Positions 1 through 14,900 are shown, counted from the stretch's first letter. The stretch is DNA of 64,000 nt from Paraspadella gotoi (GCA_051294375.1 JBJCIZ010000239.1:2679476-2743475), one strand, 5' to 3'. Notes: generated from the sequence alone by a model not told the origin. Program-made: numbers and translations.

Positions 1-2970
1 AAGAATCATCACTGTAAATTAACATTCATTTTGAATACTTTTTACAACGCTCCAAGGCGACTACTTTTGACCGGTACTCCTTTGCAAAACAAGCTGCCCG
101 AGTTGTGGGCTCTTCTAAACTTCCTGCTGCCGTCTATTTTCAAATCGGTCAACACCTTTGAACAATGGTTCAATGCACCCTTCGCTCTGACGTGTGAAAA
201 GGTAGAATTAAATGCCGAAGAGTCTATGCTCATCATCCGCCGATTGCACAAGGTTTTACGCCCATTTTTGCTGAGGCGTCTGAAGAAAGAAGTCGAATCT
301 CAGTTGCCGGACAAGATCGAATACGTGATAAAATGCGATATGTCGGCTCTTCAAAAAGTCGTCTATCATCACATGCAGAAACGCGGCATCATGCTCACGA
401 ACGGAAACGAAAAGGGAAAGGGCGGAAAAGGCGGAGCCAAGGCTCTTATGAACACGATCATGCAGCTGCGTAAGTTGTGCAACCATCCGTTCATGTTCCA
501 GCACATCGAAGAATCGTTCGCGGAACACATCGGACAGCCCATCGCCGACGGAGCGCCCATGATATCCGGCCCGGATTTGTTTCGGGCCTCTGGAAAGTTC
601 GAGTTGCTGGACAGGATGCTGCCCAAGCTGAAGCACTTCGGTCATCGCGTCCTCATCTTCTGTCAAATGACGACGCTGATGACCATCATGGAAGATTATC
701 TCCAGTGGCGAGAGTACAAGTACTTGCGTCTCGACGGCGCCACGCGCGGCGACGACCGTGGAACGCTCCTCGAAAAATTCAATCACCCAGAGTCGGAATA
801 TTTCATATTCCTCCTTTCGACGAGGGCGGGCGGGTTGGGGTTGAATCTCCAAACCGCCGACACGGTTGTCATATTCGATTCCGATTGGAATCCTCATCAA
901 GACATGCAGGTTAATTTACTGTTTTATACCTTTTTCAAAATCCCAAAGTTTTTTTTTCTAGTTCATTACTTTGTATAATTTAACGAAATATATCTCGCCA
1001 TCTCAGGCTCAAGACCGCGCCCATCGAATCGGGCAGAAGAACGAAGTTCGAGTCCTGCGACTCTTGACGGTCAACTCCGTCGAGGAAAAGATTCTCGCCG
1101 CTGCCAAACACAAGATGAACATGGACGAGAAGGTCATTCAGGCGGGAATGTTCGACTCTAAATCCACCAATGTCGACCGTCGCAAATATCTGCATTCGAT
1201 TCTGGAAAAGGAGACTGGTAATTACTATATATAATATATATGTAATATATTACTGTATAATCTTAGAGAAGATGCTGATGATGATGGACATTTGACATAC
1301 AATTACATTCAATTCGTAATCAATGACTGTTGTTGAGACGTCTGACACCTTGCGCCGTGAGACGTGCGTTTCGGTTTATTTAACTAATATTTTTAAAATA
1401 TTAAACATTACTTCAACAATCGTGTATTCCTCGCCATCCCCTAGGACTGGAAGAAGAGGAAGAGGACGAAGTTCCCGACGACGAAACGATCAACCAGATG
1501 ATCGCTCGATCCGAACTCGAATTCGAAAAGTATCAGGAGATGGATATCGAGCGGCGACGCGAGGAGGCGCAGAACCCCAACCGGAAACCGCGTCTCATCG
1601 AGCAGTCGGAACTGCCGGGCTGGTTGCTCAAGGCCGACGAAGAGATCGACTCGCTCACTGCCGACGAAGAAGTCAAGGTCGGGGCGTGAAGGGATTTGTA
1701 AAGTTTGGTTCTGATAAATCGTCTAACAAAAGTTTGTGTCCAACATAAGTAATTAATATTTTCCGAATTCTCAGACGATCTTTGGAAAGGGTCATCGGGC
1801 AAGAAAAGAGGTGGACTATTCCGATGGCGTGACGGAGAAGCAGTGGCTGATGGCCATTGAGGACGGAACCCTTGATGATCTCGAGGAAAGCATCCGGGAA
1901 AAGAAGAAGGTATGGTGTATAACAATATTAAACCTTTAGGGCAATAGATTGAAAATTTATCAAAACTTAATCAGAATACGACAATATGCAAATGAAATTG
2001 ACGAACTCGATCTCATTTGAAATAATTCACAAATTAATCTGCTGCAGGTGTGCAACGCGTTTGTTTATTATTTATACATTGAATTTATCTGAAATGAAAT
2101 AAATTTTAATACGTTTGCTATGTATAAATCTATTTGAGTTTATTCTTTTTTAAATAGGAAAAAGCCAAGCGGAGAAGCAAAAAGAAAAAAGACGACGACG
2201 ACGATGACGACGACGACGACGAAGAGGAGAAAACTCCGCCCAAGAAAGGAAAGAAACGCGGACGCCCGGCCGGCGATACCCCGGCCCGCGGCGGACGCGG
2301 TCCCGGAGAAAAATTACCCAAGAACCCGCCCAAGTTGCAGAAGCAGCTGCAGAAGCTGCTCAACGTCGTCCTCAATTACTCGGACGGCACGGACGGCGAC
2401 GAGCGCGTCCTCAGCACGCCCTTCTACACGTTGCCCAAGCGCAAAGAGTACCCCGAATACTACGAAGTCATCAAAAAGCCGATGGACTTTGAGAAGATTC
2501 AGCGGAAACTGAAGAATCACCAGTACCGTTCCGTCGACGACCTCGAGCGCGACGTCTCGCTGCTTTGCAAGAACGCACAAGAGTTCAACGTGGAGAGTTC
2601 GCTCATTTACGAAGATTCCATCGTCCTCTACTCCGTCTTCACCAAAGCGCGCGAACGTATCAAGCAGGCTTCGGAGGCTTCGCGGGCCGGACCTTCCAAT
2701 GAGGGCGCCGCCGGCGGCGAAGACGACGACGACGAACGCGGCGGCAGCGTTCGCGGCGGCGGTGGCAGCGGAAGCAGCGACGACGACGATCACGAGCCGG
2801 TGGCGGTGAAAAAGCCTAAGATGGGGTCTCGTGGCGGAAGAGGGGGCGGCGCGAAGAGGGGTGGCGGACGGGGATCCAGATCAGGGGGACGACCCTCCAA
2901 GGCGCAGATGATTTCTGATGACGACGATTCGGAAGACGACGCCGCGTCCGACGCCAACGCCAGCGATTGA
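1..2970 (+). CDS. SMARCA2/4: SWI/SNF ATPase brahma/BRG1, 3' part (helicase C, SnAC, AT-hook-like, bromodomain); 5' end lies outside the window
   Basis: [52 protein letters not shown], bromodomain [20 protein letters not shown]. Manual exons 1-909, 1007-1217, 1445-1677, 1775-1909, 2158-2970, with GT-AG introns. Confidence 0.96.
1924..2047 (+). repeat. ~125-bp intronic hairpin repeat family B (other copies 16281-16405, 10615-10695 minus; partial 14280-14330, 16673-16716, 47142-47185 minus, 52819-52855)
   Basis: Shared CTTAATCAGAATACGACAATATGCAAATGA(G/A)ATTGA..TC(G/A)ATCTCATT..ATTAATCTGCT. Confidence 0.8.
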
Positions 2971-4079
2971 CGAGAATCGACTTCTGGAAAATTGCGGCCA
3001 TCAGAAATTTGGGATCGGTTTACAATTTGACCGATGGAGGAAACGAGTTAGAAAAAAAAAAAAAAACAAAAAAACAGGAAACAAAAACGCTTTACGATTC
3101 TTTCTCCGTATGCAGATTTGTTTTACCGTATGTAATCTCTTTTTGCCCTTAGTTATTTTTTTTTTTAGTGTTGGTGTCAATTAGATTCGTTTTATTTCTA
3201 TTTGACACTTTTTCTTTTTTGCAAACCTGACTTCAATGAATTTTACGGATGGACTTGAAAAATTAACTGTAAATAAGTTTGATGTTTGTCAATGCATTAA
3301 AAAGCATTAAAAAGCATTTATTAAAATTTACGTAAATTAAGATTTATCATGCATAGATTTTTGCTTTATTTTAAATATAAAAAGTTTTAAAAAAATTTTT
3401 TAAAATTCTTAATTAAATTTTCAAAAAAGATAGATTATTATAGATAATAGTTAAAGTTAATTACAATTTTTATTGGTAACGCGCCGAGGAGTTGATGAGG
3501 TAAATTGGTAGAGGTGCTCTCATGGCACTAACGTATGAGATTGTCTCCCGATCAACACTCGAGTAAAAATTGACAAAACCTTTCTAATATTACTACAATG
3601 TTTTTTTCATTTTAATTATACTAGTGTTGATCTGTGGACATTATATGAATGTTAATAGCAGTTTTACTTTGTTGCTTCTAATTCATATCCTATAGTAAAC
3701 CCATGTGTGCGTTTTTATAATTAAACTGTATTCGTGTATTATAAAACAACTCTCAACACATACACATTAGTTCGAAAAAAAAAACCGTTTCTATTAACTT
3801 TTTACAAATTTCAATGAACAAAAAAAAATCATGGTTTAAATTTTACCTACTTTTAGAATTAAATTTAAAAAAACTCAAAACTATAGTTCCAGGTTATCCA
3901 TTTCCTATAAGAATGATAAGAATGATTCATTCCTTTAATTGTGACCCTAATTTATGAACTTACTTAATCATTTTCCAACCATTTTGATATGCTATTGCAT
4001 GCCATTTTAAATATTAATCTCAGATTTCAACATGTTGCCGAGAAAATGATTCGGTTCTGAGAGAGAACTGACCCGCGCC

Positions 4080-5397
4080 ATGTACGCTTGGTTTAAGCGA
4101 AACCGGCGACGAATCGTCGTCGGCAGCGGATTGGCCGCAGGCGGTTTCCTCCTCTACAAATTCGCCGAGCGAAAACTGGAAGAGTTTCGCGAGTCCGAGG
4201 CGCAAGAGTGTCTCAAGCGAGCGAGGAAGCAGCACCACTTCGATTCCAATCAACGCACGTGCAACATGACCGCTCTCTCTATGGCCTCCACCCTCGGGGA
4301 CGCTCTCAAGGCCAAGGTGGACGCGGAGAAACTGACGGCTATGCTCCACGAAAAGCCGGAGAACAAATTGCAGATTTGGGAAGAGTTGAAAGTCCTCGCT
4401 TTCACTCGCTCAATGTCTGCCGTTTACGGAATTTGTCTGTTGGTCGTCACTTTAAGGGTCCAGCTTAATGTGTTGGGCGGATACATGTACCTCGACGCCA
4501 TCGAAGGCCACAACCATTTGGGTATCGTGCAAAAAGTGCCGGTGGCCACTCAGGAGGTGCAACAACGATACTTGTCCGCCATCGAACATTTGGTTCAAGT
4601 AAGCCGTTGCGAGAAGACAACAACGATGAGGGGAACTGCATTATCTCAACTCCTTAATAACTTAACCTTTGGCTTTTCCTTGACAGAATGGTCTGGACAA
4701 ATTGATAACACGTGTCGACACCGCCGTACGGGAAATCGTAGGTCCTTTAACACTCAAAAAGGAAATGACAGTCAGAGATATTTTGGGACTCATCATGGTC
4801 ATTCGGGATAAGGTAAATCTCGGAAGTTAACTGCATAGTTTTAAAACTACTACTACCAATTACAGTATTATTACGTATTTTTGAACTATATTTCTCAAGG
4901 TGGAATCCGGATCAACGACTGGTCTTGGTCACCCCGTCTCCGCCCCCGCCTTTCAAGCTCTGATCGAATCCGCGCTCAAGCCGGACATTCCATCACAGCA
5001 AGAAGGCGTGGAGCAGATGACGCGCGAGGACATCATCTTGACCAAGATGCACGCGGACACCAAAGACGTGATGGCCACTCCCGACTTTGCTTCGCTGCTC
5101 AACCTCTGCTTGAAGATCGCCTTCATGCGTCTCGGAGAGCAATTGGGCGAACACTTTTCCTCTTCTCCTTCCACGACGAACTCGGCCCCCGCCGTCGCGC
5201 CAGAGAACGGCAAGATTCTTCCCAAGCCCGCGCCGAAAATCCCCTTGGCCAAGATCGTTCCCTGGATCTCTGGCGCGGTCAACTCCGTTTGTGCGAGTCC
5301 CCCGAATCTGTTCATGCAGGAGTTGCTACTGCTTGAGCCATTGAAGCAGTTCTCTTGCAACGTTTACGACGCTTTCAGTCAAGAGGGAAAATTTTAA
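4080..5397 (+). CDS. PEX3: Peroxisomal biogenesis factor 3
   Basis: N-terminal KRNRRRIVVGSG + TM, RKQHHFDSNQRTCNMT, NKLQIWEELK, LRVQLNVLGGYMYLD, IPLAKIVP, FSCNVYDAFS. Exons 4080-4598, 4687-4812, 4900-5397. Confidence 0.93.
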
Positions 5398-6321
5398 ATT
5401 TAATCAAGAAAGAATACATGTACAATTGTACATGCGTGCCGTCCTTTTGAGCCTGAAGCGCTAAAATTATAGTAATTATAGTAGTACGGTATTTAAAAAA
5501 CTCCTAAAAATTTACAGACCTCGCCATTCCAATATTTTTGCTAGATTTTTTCTCTGCTGTATCATTTTAGATTTTCTGGTGTGTATCCTTTTCAACTCAG
5601 ATTTAAAATTGCTTATGAGGGTAGAAAGCGACGGCGTTTAAATACAGGAAACAATAATCAAGATTATTTTGAATAGGGGGAAGAGCGGCAAGGATGCTTA
5701 AAAAACAGTATTTAATGATCATCTATGTAACAGTTACAGATACGTACCTAATTCAAGATTAACTGACAAACATTAAGTCGATCGATGCTGTATCAAAAAT
5801 TATCTTACTAGAATTTATATTAGAAAAGGGGATAAATAACTTTAAAGGGATTTAAATTTAAGATTAATAGCTTCGCGAGAGAAATATAATGGTGGTATAA
5901 TTGCGCTGCCTATTAATTTTGAGCTGCTAATGTTATAGTTGTTTTTTTCTGTTTCTACTTTATATTCATTTCAGTTTTTTACCAATAAAATTTGGCCCCT
6001 TTTTGTATGTATTTAAAACCTATTATTATTTTCGTTTCTTTTTTTTTCAAAGTCCGGATTTCGAATTACGAAATAATAATTACAAATAATTAAAAGAAAA
6101 ACTGTAACCGAAATTCGGTACTAAAACGAAACTATCAACCGAGAAAACATATTGATCAGACTCTGCAATGATTATGCATTCTTCTCTTCCCAAACAACTC
6201 GTTTCAAACGATCAAACTCTCGCCGATCGATCTCGCTTCTTCGGAACCTGAGCAATCGTCGCCGACGTTAAAAGAGTCAAAAGGCTTCGACATCATTTTC
6301 AATTCGAGTAAAAAAACCAAG

Positions 6322-8285
6322 ATGCAGAAGTACGAAAAGCTGGAGAAGATCGGGGAAGGGACCTACGGGACGGTCTTCAAGGCCAAGAACCGCGAAACGC
6401 ACGAGATCGTCGCCCTCAAACGCGTGCGTCTCGACGACGACGACGAGGGCGTCCCCTCCAGCGCCCTCAGGGAGATCTGCCTCCTCAAGGAACTGAAACA
6501 TAAGAATATAGTCAGGTACTTTCCTCCTTATCTTTTATCTCTCTCTCTCTCTCTCACACACATTCTCTCCCCCCCACCAGGCTCTACGACGTCTTGCACA
6601 GCGAGAAGAAACTGACGCTCGTCTTCGAGTTTTGCGACCAAGACTTAAAGAAGTACTTCGACTCGTGCAACGGAGAGATCGACCCGGACACCGTCAAGTC
6701 GTTCATGTTCCAACTCCTACGCGGCCTCGCCTTTTGTCACAGTCACAACGTTCTCCATCGAGATCTCAAGCCGCAGAATCTACTCATCAACAAGAACGGG
6801 GAATTGAAGCTGGCCGACTTCGGGCTCGCCCGAGCCTTCGGCATCCCCGTCCGCTGCTACTCGGCCGAAGTCGTCACGCTGTGGTACCGACCGCCCGACG
6901 TTCTCTTCGGCGCTAAACTCTACTCCACTTCCATAGACATGTGGTCGGCCGGTTGCATTTTCGCCGAACTGGCAAACGCCGGTAAGTCAGTTTTTGGTCG
7001 GCCGGTTTTTCTTTCAGTTTGTTTACTTATTTATTATATTAATATTATTTTTATTTTGGTTGTACCAATTTCATAAAATTCAGCGGCTTGTATTTGATGC
7101 TAGTGCGGAGTACAATAAGCAGATAGAGGGATGATATATTTCACTGGATTCCCCCATTTCTCTTCCCCATTCTCGCTCGAGACACCTTTTCTTCTTCCTC
7201 TTCCGCCTTCTTTCCTCCCTTTCACTCCCTTTCCCTTCCTCTCATCAGAGCGATCCGACAGAAGGGAGCAAGAGAGAGATTTTAGTTCTGTCTTGGTTCT
7301 TACTTCAGCTCGCGAGCTCCCGTCTCAGAGAATAATACTTTTTTTGCCTATTTTTTTGGACTTTTCCTTTGACTTTACTCATAGAAAGATAGAGATGATG
7401 GACCTACCCATCAGTTAGATAAGTATTCCCCGATCTAATACTTAAGTGAGTGGTCTTTTCATACAATTGAAACATTCTTTGAAATATTATACCACTTCAT
7501 TGATAGGGAAGCCAAGTACTCTGGGAGTGAATAAACGAGACTGTGAGAGAGTCTTGATTGAAAGCTTGCAGGGACCTGCTATGTCATTATCTTGTAAGAG
7601 TGATGGAGGCCTTAAACCACCAAAGCCTGTCCAAAGTCAGGGGCAAGATAGCTTATTTATTAAATGAATGGATAATTTCTATATTGGTTGTACCAATTTC
7701 TTTAAAACTATTCTAATTGATATTTGGGGGAAATTTGGTAGAACTTGACGTCGAAATTGTTAATCATTTGTGACGTAATTCAAAAATGAGGCTTTTAACG
7801 AGGTTTTATGTAATCAGTTTTTTGCGACGCAAGTTACGCAACAATATCGAACTGTCGTTCTTTGTTCACCATTTGACGATGACTTAAAATGTTTCCTTTT
7901 CCGACAGGTCGACCCTTATTTCCGGGCAACGACGCCGACGACGAGTTGAAGCGCATCTTCAAACTTCTCGGGACTCCTTGCGAAGACTCTTGGCCGGGAG
8001 TTTCTCAACTTCCGGATTTTAAGCAGTTCCCGCTTTATCCAGCCAACACGCCCCTTTCTCAGGTTTGCCATGTCCAATTGTCCATGGGGAATTAGACCAG
8101 AATTTTGTGTCGTTTCGTCGGCTTTACGATTTTTTTTCCCCCAGGTGGTGCCGAAATTGAACACCCGAGGTCGGGATCTGGTGGCCCGGCTTCTCGTTTG
8201 TAACCCCAGCCTCCGAATGTCGGCCGACGAAGCGTTGCAACACCCTTATTTTAATGATCTCAATCCCGCCATCAAGAGCGGATGA
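6322..8285 (+). CDS. CDK5: Cyclin-dependent kinase 5
   Basis: [47 protein letters not shown]. Exons 6322-6515, 6581-6981, 7908-8062, 8145-8285. Confidence 0.98.
7109..7703 (+). repeat. ~290-bp dispersed repeat family A, copy 1 (CDK5 intron), interrupted by a 299-bp insertion
   Basis: 7419-7700 is a near-identical reverse complement of 11602-11892; the element start AGTACAATAAG is at 7109. Confidence 0.85.
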
Positions 8286-8990
8286 AGCCAATTTGTCTTT
8301 GATTTGCAAATCGACTGAAAGACGAGCCATTTTATTTGTGGTTTTTTTTTCCTCTCATGCTATAACTATGTCTATTACATGAATTTGTTCTCGATGATTT
8401 TTTTTAACCAGACGGACCGAAGTCATTTGGTCTGTCCCGAAATTATAAGAATTCGCTCCGATGAATTTACTGAAGATTAAAGTTTATAATTATATCAGTC
8501 ATTACTAATTTATCTAAACATTAGATACGGCAAGGTGGAAATTTTTCTTTTTCATTGGCATGCCATAATGACTCATATTTTCGATTCTGTTTTCGTTAAA
8601 ATTATATTTATATTCTTCGAAGATTTTGCTACGGTTTTATTATATTATCATTAAAGAGGAATAATTTATAACAAAAAGGTATTGTTGTCCTGCAGAAGCG
8701 TGTAGTTTTATAATTCAAAAAGCTACATTAGGAATTTTTAAACATAACCAGCTACAGTGTCTAGTAACAACTGACTAGCCATTCAGCTTTTACTCTGTAG
8801 AATTAATTAATTAACTTCGCTCTACCTTACTTTTAAAATTTTTTGATATCTTCTTTGTTATTCAATTATTCACTTTCAACATCCCAGAATATAACGATCT
8901 CTCATCCAAGAAATTTAACACTGGGAGGACTAAGTCGATTCAGTGTCTAGATTTTTCGGATCGGCGTCGTTTCCGCTACAGGATTTCGTA

Positions 8991-11900
8991 ATGTCGGTCC
9001 TGGAAGAATTGCAAATATCCGTGAGTTAAAATAATAAAAAATTAATCCACCCCCGCCGGTTTTTTTTCTCAAGAATCTGCTTCGTTCTCTTCGAATCAGG
9101 GCGTCCGTAGCGTGGGTCCCAACGACCCCGTCCGAGTCAGCTTCTTCAAGCCGCTCACGGTGATCGTGGGACAAAATGGGAGCGGGAAGACGACGCTCAT
9201 CGAATCCCTCCGCTACGCCACCACAGGCGACTTTCCGCCCAACGCACGAACCTCCTTCGTTCACGATCCTAAGTTGACCGATACGCCCACCGTTTCGGCG
9301 CAGGTTTGTAATTAAAGGAAGTCTGGCGTTTTTAATCGAGTATTAATTATTTTCTTAATAGGTTCGCCTCCAATTCAACGACGCTACGGGGATTTCTCGA
9401 ACCGCAATTCGCAACTTGCGAGCCACAGCCACTGCCAAGAACGTCTCCATCAAGGTCCTTGACTCTACTATCAAATGGGACGATCGCGGCGACTGCCAGA
9501 CGAACACCTACAAAGACGCCGATTACAAACAGGAGATGGCTGCTTACCTTCATGTGCCGGAAGCAGTTCTCAAATCCGTCATCTTTTGCCACCAGGACGA
9601 GTCCAACTGGCCGCTGGGGTGAGAGAGAGAGAGAGAGAGAGACAGATTTTAATTTCGTGTATATTTTGATGAGGTTGAAAAGTATTTACTTACTAGAACA
9701 CTTCCTTATTCCCCGTCAGGGAAAGCAAATCGGTCAAGGACACTTTCGACAAGATCTTCGGCGCTGAAAGATACACCAAAGCGCTCGACGAGATTCGCCG
9801 CATTCAAAAAGATCTGGGAATCAAACAAAAGGGGCTCGAAGATTCGTTGAAGTTTTTGGACGATAGGAAGCGAACCGCCGATAAGTGGAGGAAGGAATTA
9901 AAAGGTCAGAATTGAGTGAATAAACAAGACTGTGAGAGAGTCTTGATTGAAAGCTTGCGAGGTCCTCAGGTCCTGCTATGTTATTATCTTCTAAGTGTGA
10001 TGGAGGCCTTAAACCACCATAACCTCTCCATAGTCAGAGTCAAAGTCAAGATTGCTTATTGAATGAATGAATGAATAATTTTTATATTGATTGTACCAAT
10101 TTCATAACAATTTTTTTCTTCCCCCACCTCATCCTACCCCCTCTTGAAAAAACAAGAAAAAAAAATATATTTTTTTTCTTTTAGAAAACGAGGAAGAGTT
10201 AGAAAATGTGCTGGGTCGAATCGCGGAGGAGAAGGAAAAGCGGCCTCCGGTTCAGGAAGAAATCAACCGCCTCAACTCTGACAAGGATTGTCTCGCCGAC
10301 ATCGCCCGGCGTGAGGGAATTATTAAGGGCGCGCGGGACACCATCGAGGAGCAAATCGCCGGTAAAAGCGGCCATCTTTCATTTTCTTTTTAAATTTAAT
10401 TTCATAAATTTAATTTCATTCGATCGTCCCGACGTTCACGATATTCTCCCTGCGTTTTTCTTCAGAGGCGGCCCAGACAATGATCAACATTTTGAAGGAT
10501 TTAACGATCGAACAGTTGGAAGAACAAAAGAACGAGTTGTCGGAAAAGTGCGAGGTTCTGAAGGAAGAAAACGCGAAGATTTATCGAGAAATTCAACAGG
10601 TTCGAGAGTTCACTCTGTAGCAGATTGATTTGTTAATAATTTTCCAATGAGATCAAGTGCGTCGATCTCATTTGCATGGTTCTGATTAAGTTTTTAACTC
10701 CAGTTTTTAAAAGTCTTTTTAAAGATTCTCTTATTCCCCCTCTCTCTTCCCTCAGACCACGAAGAGCATAAAGGAGGAAGAGAAGGCGATGCGAAGTCAC
10801 AATCAGGAAGTTGGAAAATTAGAGAAAGAAAAGTCTGATTACGAAGAGTTGCTCAAGGAGAGAAACGAGACTCTCGTCAGCAACGCCCATGACATGGCGA
10901 TCGAAGGTTAATTAATTCTTCACTAGTTATTAACGAAGCTAAAACAAAAACTGCCACGAAACAGTGCACAAAGTACAACCATTCTTTGTCCAATGTTCGC
11001 CGTTATTTGTTCCGTTTCACCCAGGGTTTCTTCAATAGCCTTTTCAAGTTCTTTGTCATTCCGTTCAGGCTTCGACAGTCCCGACTCGATCGACGACGCC
11101 AAGGAGAAAATCTTTATCGACAAAGTCAACGACAAATTACAAAATCTCATCGCCGAGATGCGCGTGAGTTCTCTCTTCTTCTCCTTCGTAATCGGAATCT
11201 CTTTTTCCCCTTCGTTGTCCTTTCTATTATATATTTCTCCCTTAAAGACGGAGACGCAAAAATTCACCGACGACGAGCGCGACATCTCGGCGCGAATCCA
11301 GGAGAATCACGAGGAGATCGTCAAGCGGGAGACGTCGATAAGGATGAAGGGAGAACAGAAGAGAAGGTTGCAAAGGGAACTCGTCGACGTGGAGAAGCAG
11401 CTCGCCAAAGTCGATTCCAACAAAGCGAGGTGCGTTGAGCAGCGAAACCGGGGTCTTCGGTTTTTAATAGATGTCCTTTCGTTGTTGTGGCGCAAGTACT
11501 CCTACGGAAATACTCTCACTTTTCTGTCGTTTGATGTATTTTCATGCTTATTTATTTTATCGAGTCTAGGATTTTTTAAGTTCCTCGTTTGATGTTTATT
11601 ATTATGAAATGGTACAACCAATATAAAAATTATCCATTCATTTAATAAATAAGCTATCTTGCCCCTGACTTTGGACAGGCTTTGGTGGTTTAAAGCCTCC
11701 ATCACTCTTACAAGATAATGACATAGCAGGTCCCTGCAAGCTTTCAATCAAGACTTTCTCACAGTCTCGTTTATTCACTCCCAGAGTTCCTGGCTTCCCT
11801 ATCAATGAAGTGGTATAATATTTCAAAGAATGTTTCAATTGTATGAAAAGACCACTCCCTTAAGTATTAGATCGGGGAATACTTATTGTACTATTGTACT

Positions 11901-14900
11901 ATATTACTGTATTGTATTATTGTACTATATTACTAATACATGAAACGTTTCCGCAGAATGTCGGCCTTGAACGAGGACTTACAAGAGGCGGAGAAGCGGT
12001 TGGAGGAGCATCGAGCGACGTTGAACGTCGAGGAGACGAAGACGAGAATCGGAGAATTGGAGGAGAAGAAAAAGGAACTCAACCAGAAATCAAAGAACTC
12101 GATCTCGAACAGGAGGAGGTAAAAGGGCTCTTGAGTGTGGGGTAGGTTTTCCACTGGGCATATCTTTCAGTAAACCCTTACTGGTTGAAGTCTGGACCGG
12201 CCTCACCTAAAGGGGAGCACCTTAAGAAAGCTTGAAGCATACTTGGACGCCTTTTTTTTTCTCTAAATGATAAACAAAGCAAACAAATAATTGCGGGGAT
12301 TGTTTAAAAAATAAAAAAAAAGGTTCGGCAAACCGAAAAATTTACAAAAAAGGAGACAGTAAATCAAGAACTCAAGCGATTCCGTCCACATGAGAAGGCG
12401 GTTCAATCACGTGGCTTCAGGAAGCGAGCAGTTTTCAAAGCTTGTGCTTAAGGCAGACGAACAGTTTCTAAAAGAATTACTTTGGCGTTTTGCGGAAGTT
12501 TAGGCCTGCATTTGTTGCTTGGAGTTTGAAATTTGGGACTAAATTTATTGCTTGGAGTTAGGAATGAATTCATTAATCTCTTTTGCATTATTTAGTCGTT
12601 TTGAAATTAGTTTTCGATAAATTTACCACTCATAATTTAGCTTATCTGATTGTTACCTTTATGATTTAATGGGGGACATCAGCTTAGCTAAGTCATCTTA
12701 AGATCATCAACATGGCATTCCGTCTTTTCGCAGGTGGCTAAACTGACTCAGCAATTGACGACGCTAGAGCACGTGACCAAAGAGCAAACGACCAAGCAGT
12801 CAAATCTCGAGGATTATTGGACCAAACATGAGCCCGCGCTTAAGACCATCTTCGGCGAAAATTTTCAACGAACGACGGGACTAAAGAAAAAAATCGCCGT
12901 GAGAAACAAAAAAATGTTTTTTAAGTCTAACCTAAATAATTTCTCAATTTTATTGCTTAAACTTTGCTCGACCCAGGATTGGATCAAATCAAAGGACAGA
13001 GAATTGAAAGCCGCCCAGAAAGATCGCAACAAGGTGGACATCAGCATCAGCACTAAGCAGAACCAACTCAGGAGTTACACGGAAGAGAAGAAGAGGAAAG
13101 AGGAGGAGGTGAAGAACAAGGAAGCTCGCATTAAGGAACGATGCGAAGACAAGCCGCTCCACGAGAAACAGTTTGAGATCGAAGATCTCATCGACAGAGG
13201 TCGGGATTTATTATTACTTTTATTAATATCATCGTGATTACTTATTATTTTAAAACGTAATTTATTAGAGCGCAAGAAGCATACGCGATCGAAAGGAATC
13301 AATTTGACGTATAAAGGCTTTATGGAACACGTGCAAAAACCCCCGCACGATTGTCCCGTTTGCAGCGCTGACCTCTCTAGCTCGTGGGAAGAGGTCAAGG
13401 CGAAGCTTCAGCGAGAAATTGAGGAGGTATAGTTGGAAAATATGTGTACACTAACTTTTCTACTTGATAATATAATTTGTTAAAACCTTTTTGTTTGTTT
13501 GCTTGTTTGTGGCTCAGGTTCCCCAACGCATCAACATGCTGGAGGAGAAGATTAAAGGTCTCTTCGCGGAGGAAAGGAAACTCAACGATTTAAAACCCGT
13601 GCAAGACGCCGTGGAGAAGATCAGGCAAGTTCATTCTCGAGGATGGTTTCACAGTTGTTGCTCAATTCGAAATCTTGGGACGAATATATCGAATATATGC
13701 GATTACTATTTTTTTAAATTCAATTTAACTATTTCTTTTTCTTTTTAATGCAGAAACACGGACATTCCCGAGTTGGAGAGGAAGATGGAAGAGACGCAGG
13801 GGGAGATCGAGCGACTGCGAAAGGAAAAGGAAGGAAAGGACGAAAACTGCAAAGCCATGGAGACTCTGGTCGAGAGCGCCAGAACCGTGCAGCAGGTGAC
13901 CACACTGGGTGCTATTATTGCTGGTCTTTTAGCTCCGAGGGAAATTTCACGAGATTCCGTTGCCAGGGCCCTTTCTTAATTAGTAATTGTGTGTCTCTCT
14001 CTCTCACAGGACGCTCAACAAATGGATTCTTTAGATTCTGAATTAAAAGAGTTGAAGCGAAAGTTGGATCGCCTCGATCACAGCGGAAGTTTGGAAGGAA
14101 AGCGAAAGTTGCACGAAGTCCAAGAGGAAAAGGAAGAGAAAGGGAGGGAGAGAGATGCCGTGGACGCGGAGCACTCGGACAAGAACAATCGACTATATCG
14201 CTATCAGGACAATTTGAACAAGTGGGTCGCTATACGTTTGGATAGTACGCTTTAAAGCTACGTAATAAAAAAAACCGCCATATGCAAATGAGATTAAGAT
14301 GCCCGATCTTATTCGAAATAACGCTGCTAGAATACATAGTACATAGTAATAGAAAAAGAAAAATTTTTAGTTGGAATTATTTTTTCGATATCAATTTTTT
14401 CCAGATACACAAACGAGGTGACCCATTTGCGTCAAGAAAGAGTTTCCATCCAAGAGGACATTTCCCGCCAACGCCAGTTGGAGGAACGAAAGTTGGATCT
14501 GGACAGAGAGATCGAGGACGCGGATCGCGCCGTCGACGACCTTCGCCAAGAGATGAGACCCTTTCAGGACAAGACGGCCGAACTCAACGAAGAGAAGAGC
14601 GATAGGGTCAGGGCCAAAGATATTTTATTGCAGGATCTGCGAATCACGCAAGACTCTTACGCCAAAAAGAAAACCGCCATCGGTAACATGACCACGAAGG
14701 TAATTCGTCTGATTTTGATTTTTTTTAAAAAGAATTTCGTTTTTTTTTTTAAATTTCCCCCCTATTTTTCTTACTTCGTCTTCAGTTGAAGGAATACGTG
14801 AGAAAAGGCCGAGCCGGTAAATTGGCCGATGCGTTGGAAACGCGGAACGCTTGCGAAGCTAAAATACAACAACTGAAAAAAGATAAGGAAGAGTTGGAGG

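Noticed and set aside
3480-3565. tRNA/SINE-like A-box text (GGTAAATTGGTAGAGG)
   Set aside because: No B box or cloverleaf could be built
5417-5434. Palindrome CATGTACAATTGTACATG, similar at about 31985-32000
   Set aside because: Short and AT-rich, only two instances, no supporting context
5583-5592. GTATCCTTT resembling a U12 intron donor
   Set aside because: Intergenic, with no flanking exon
7446-7667. Short ORF repeated at 11638-11838 ([14 protein letters not shown]..)
   Set aside because: Same translation only because both lie in near-identical copies of repeat family A; no ATG start and no evidence of coding
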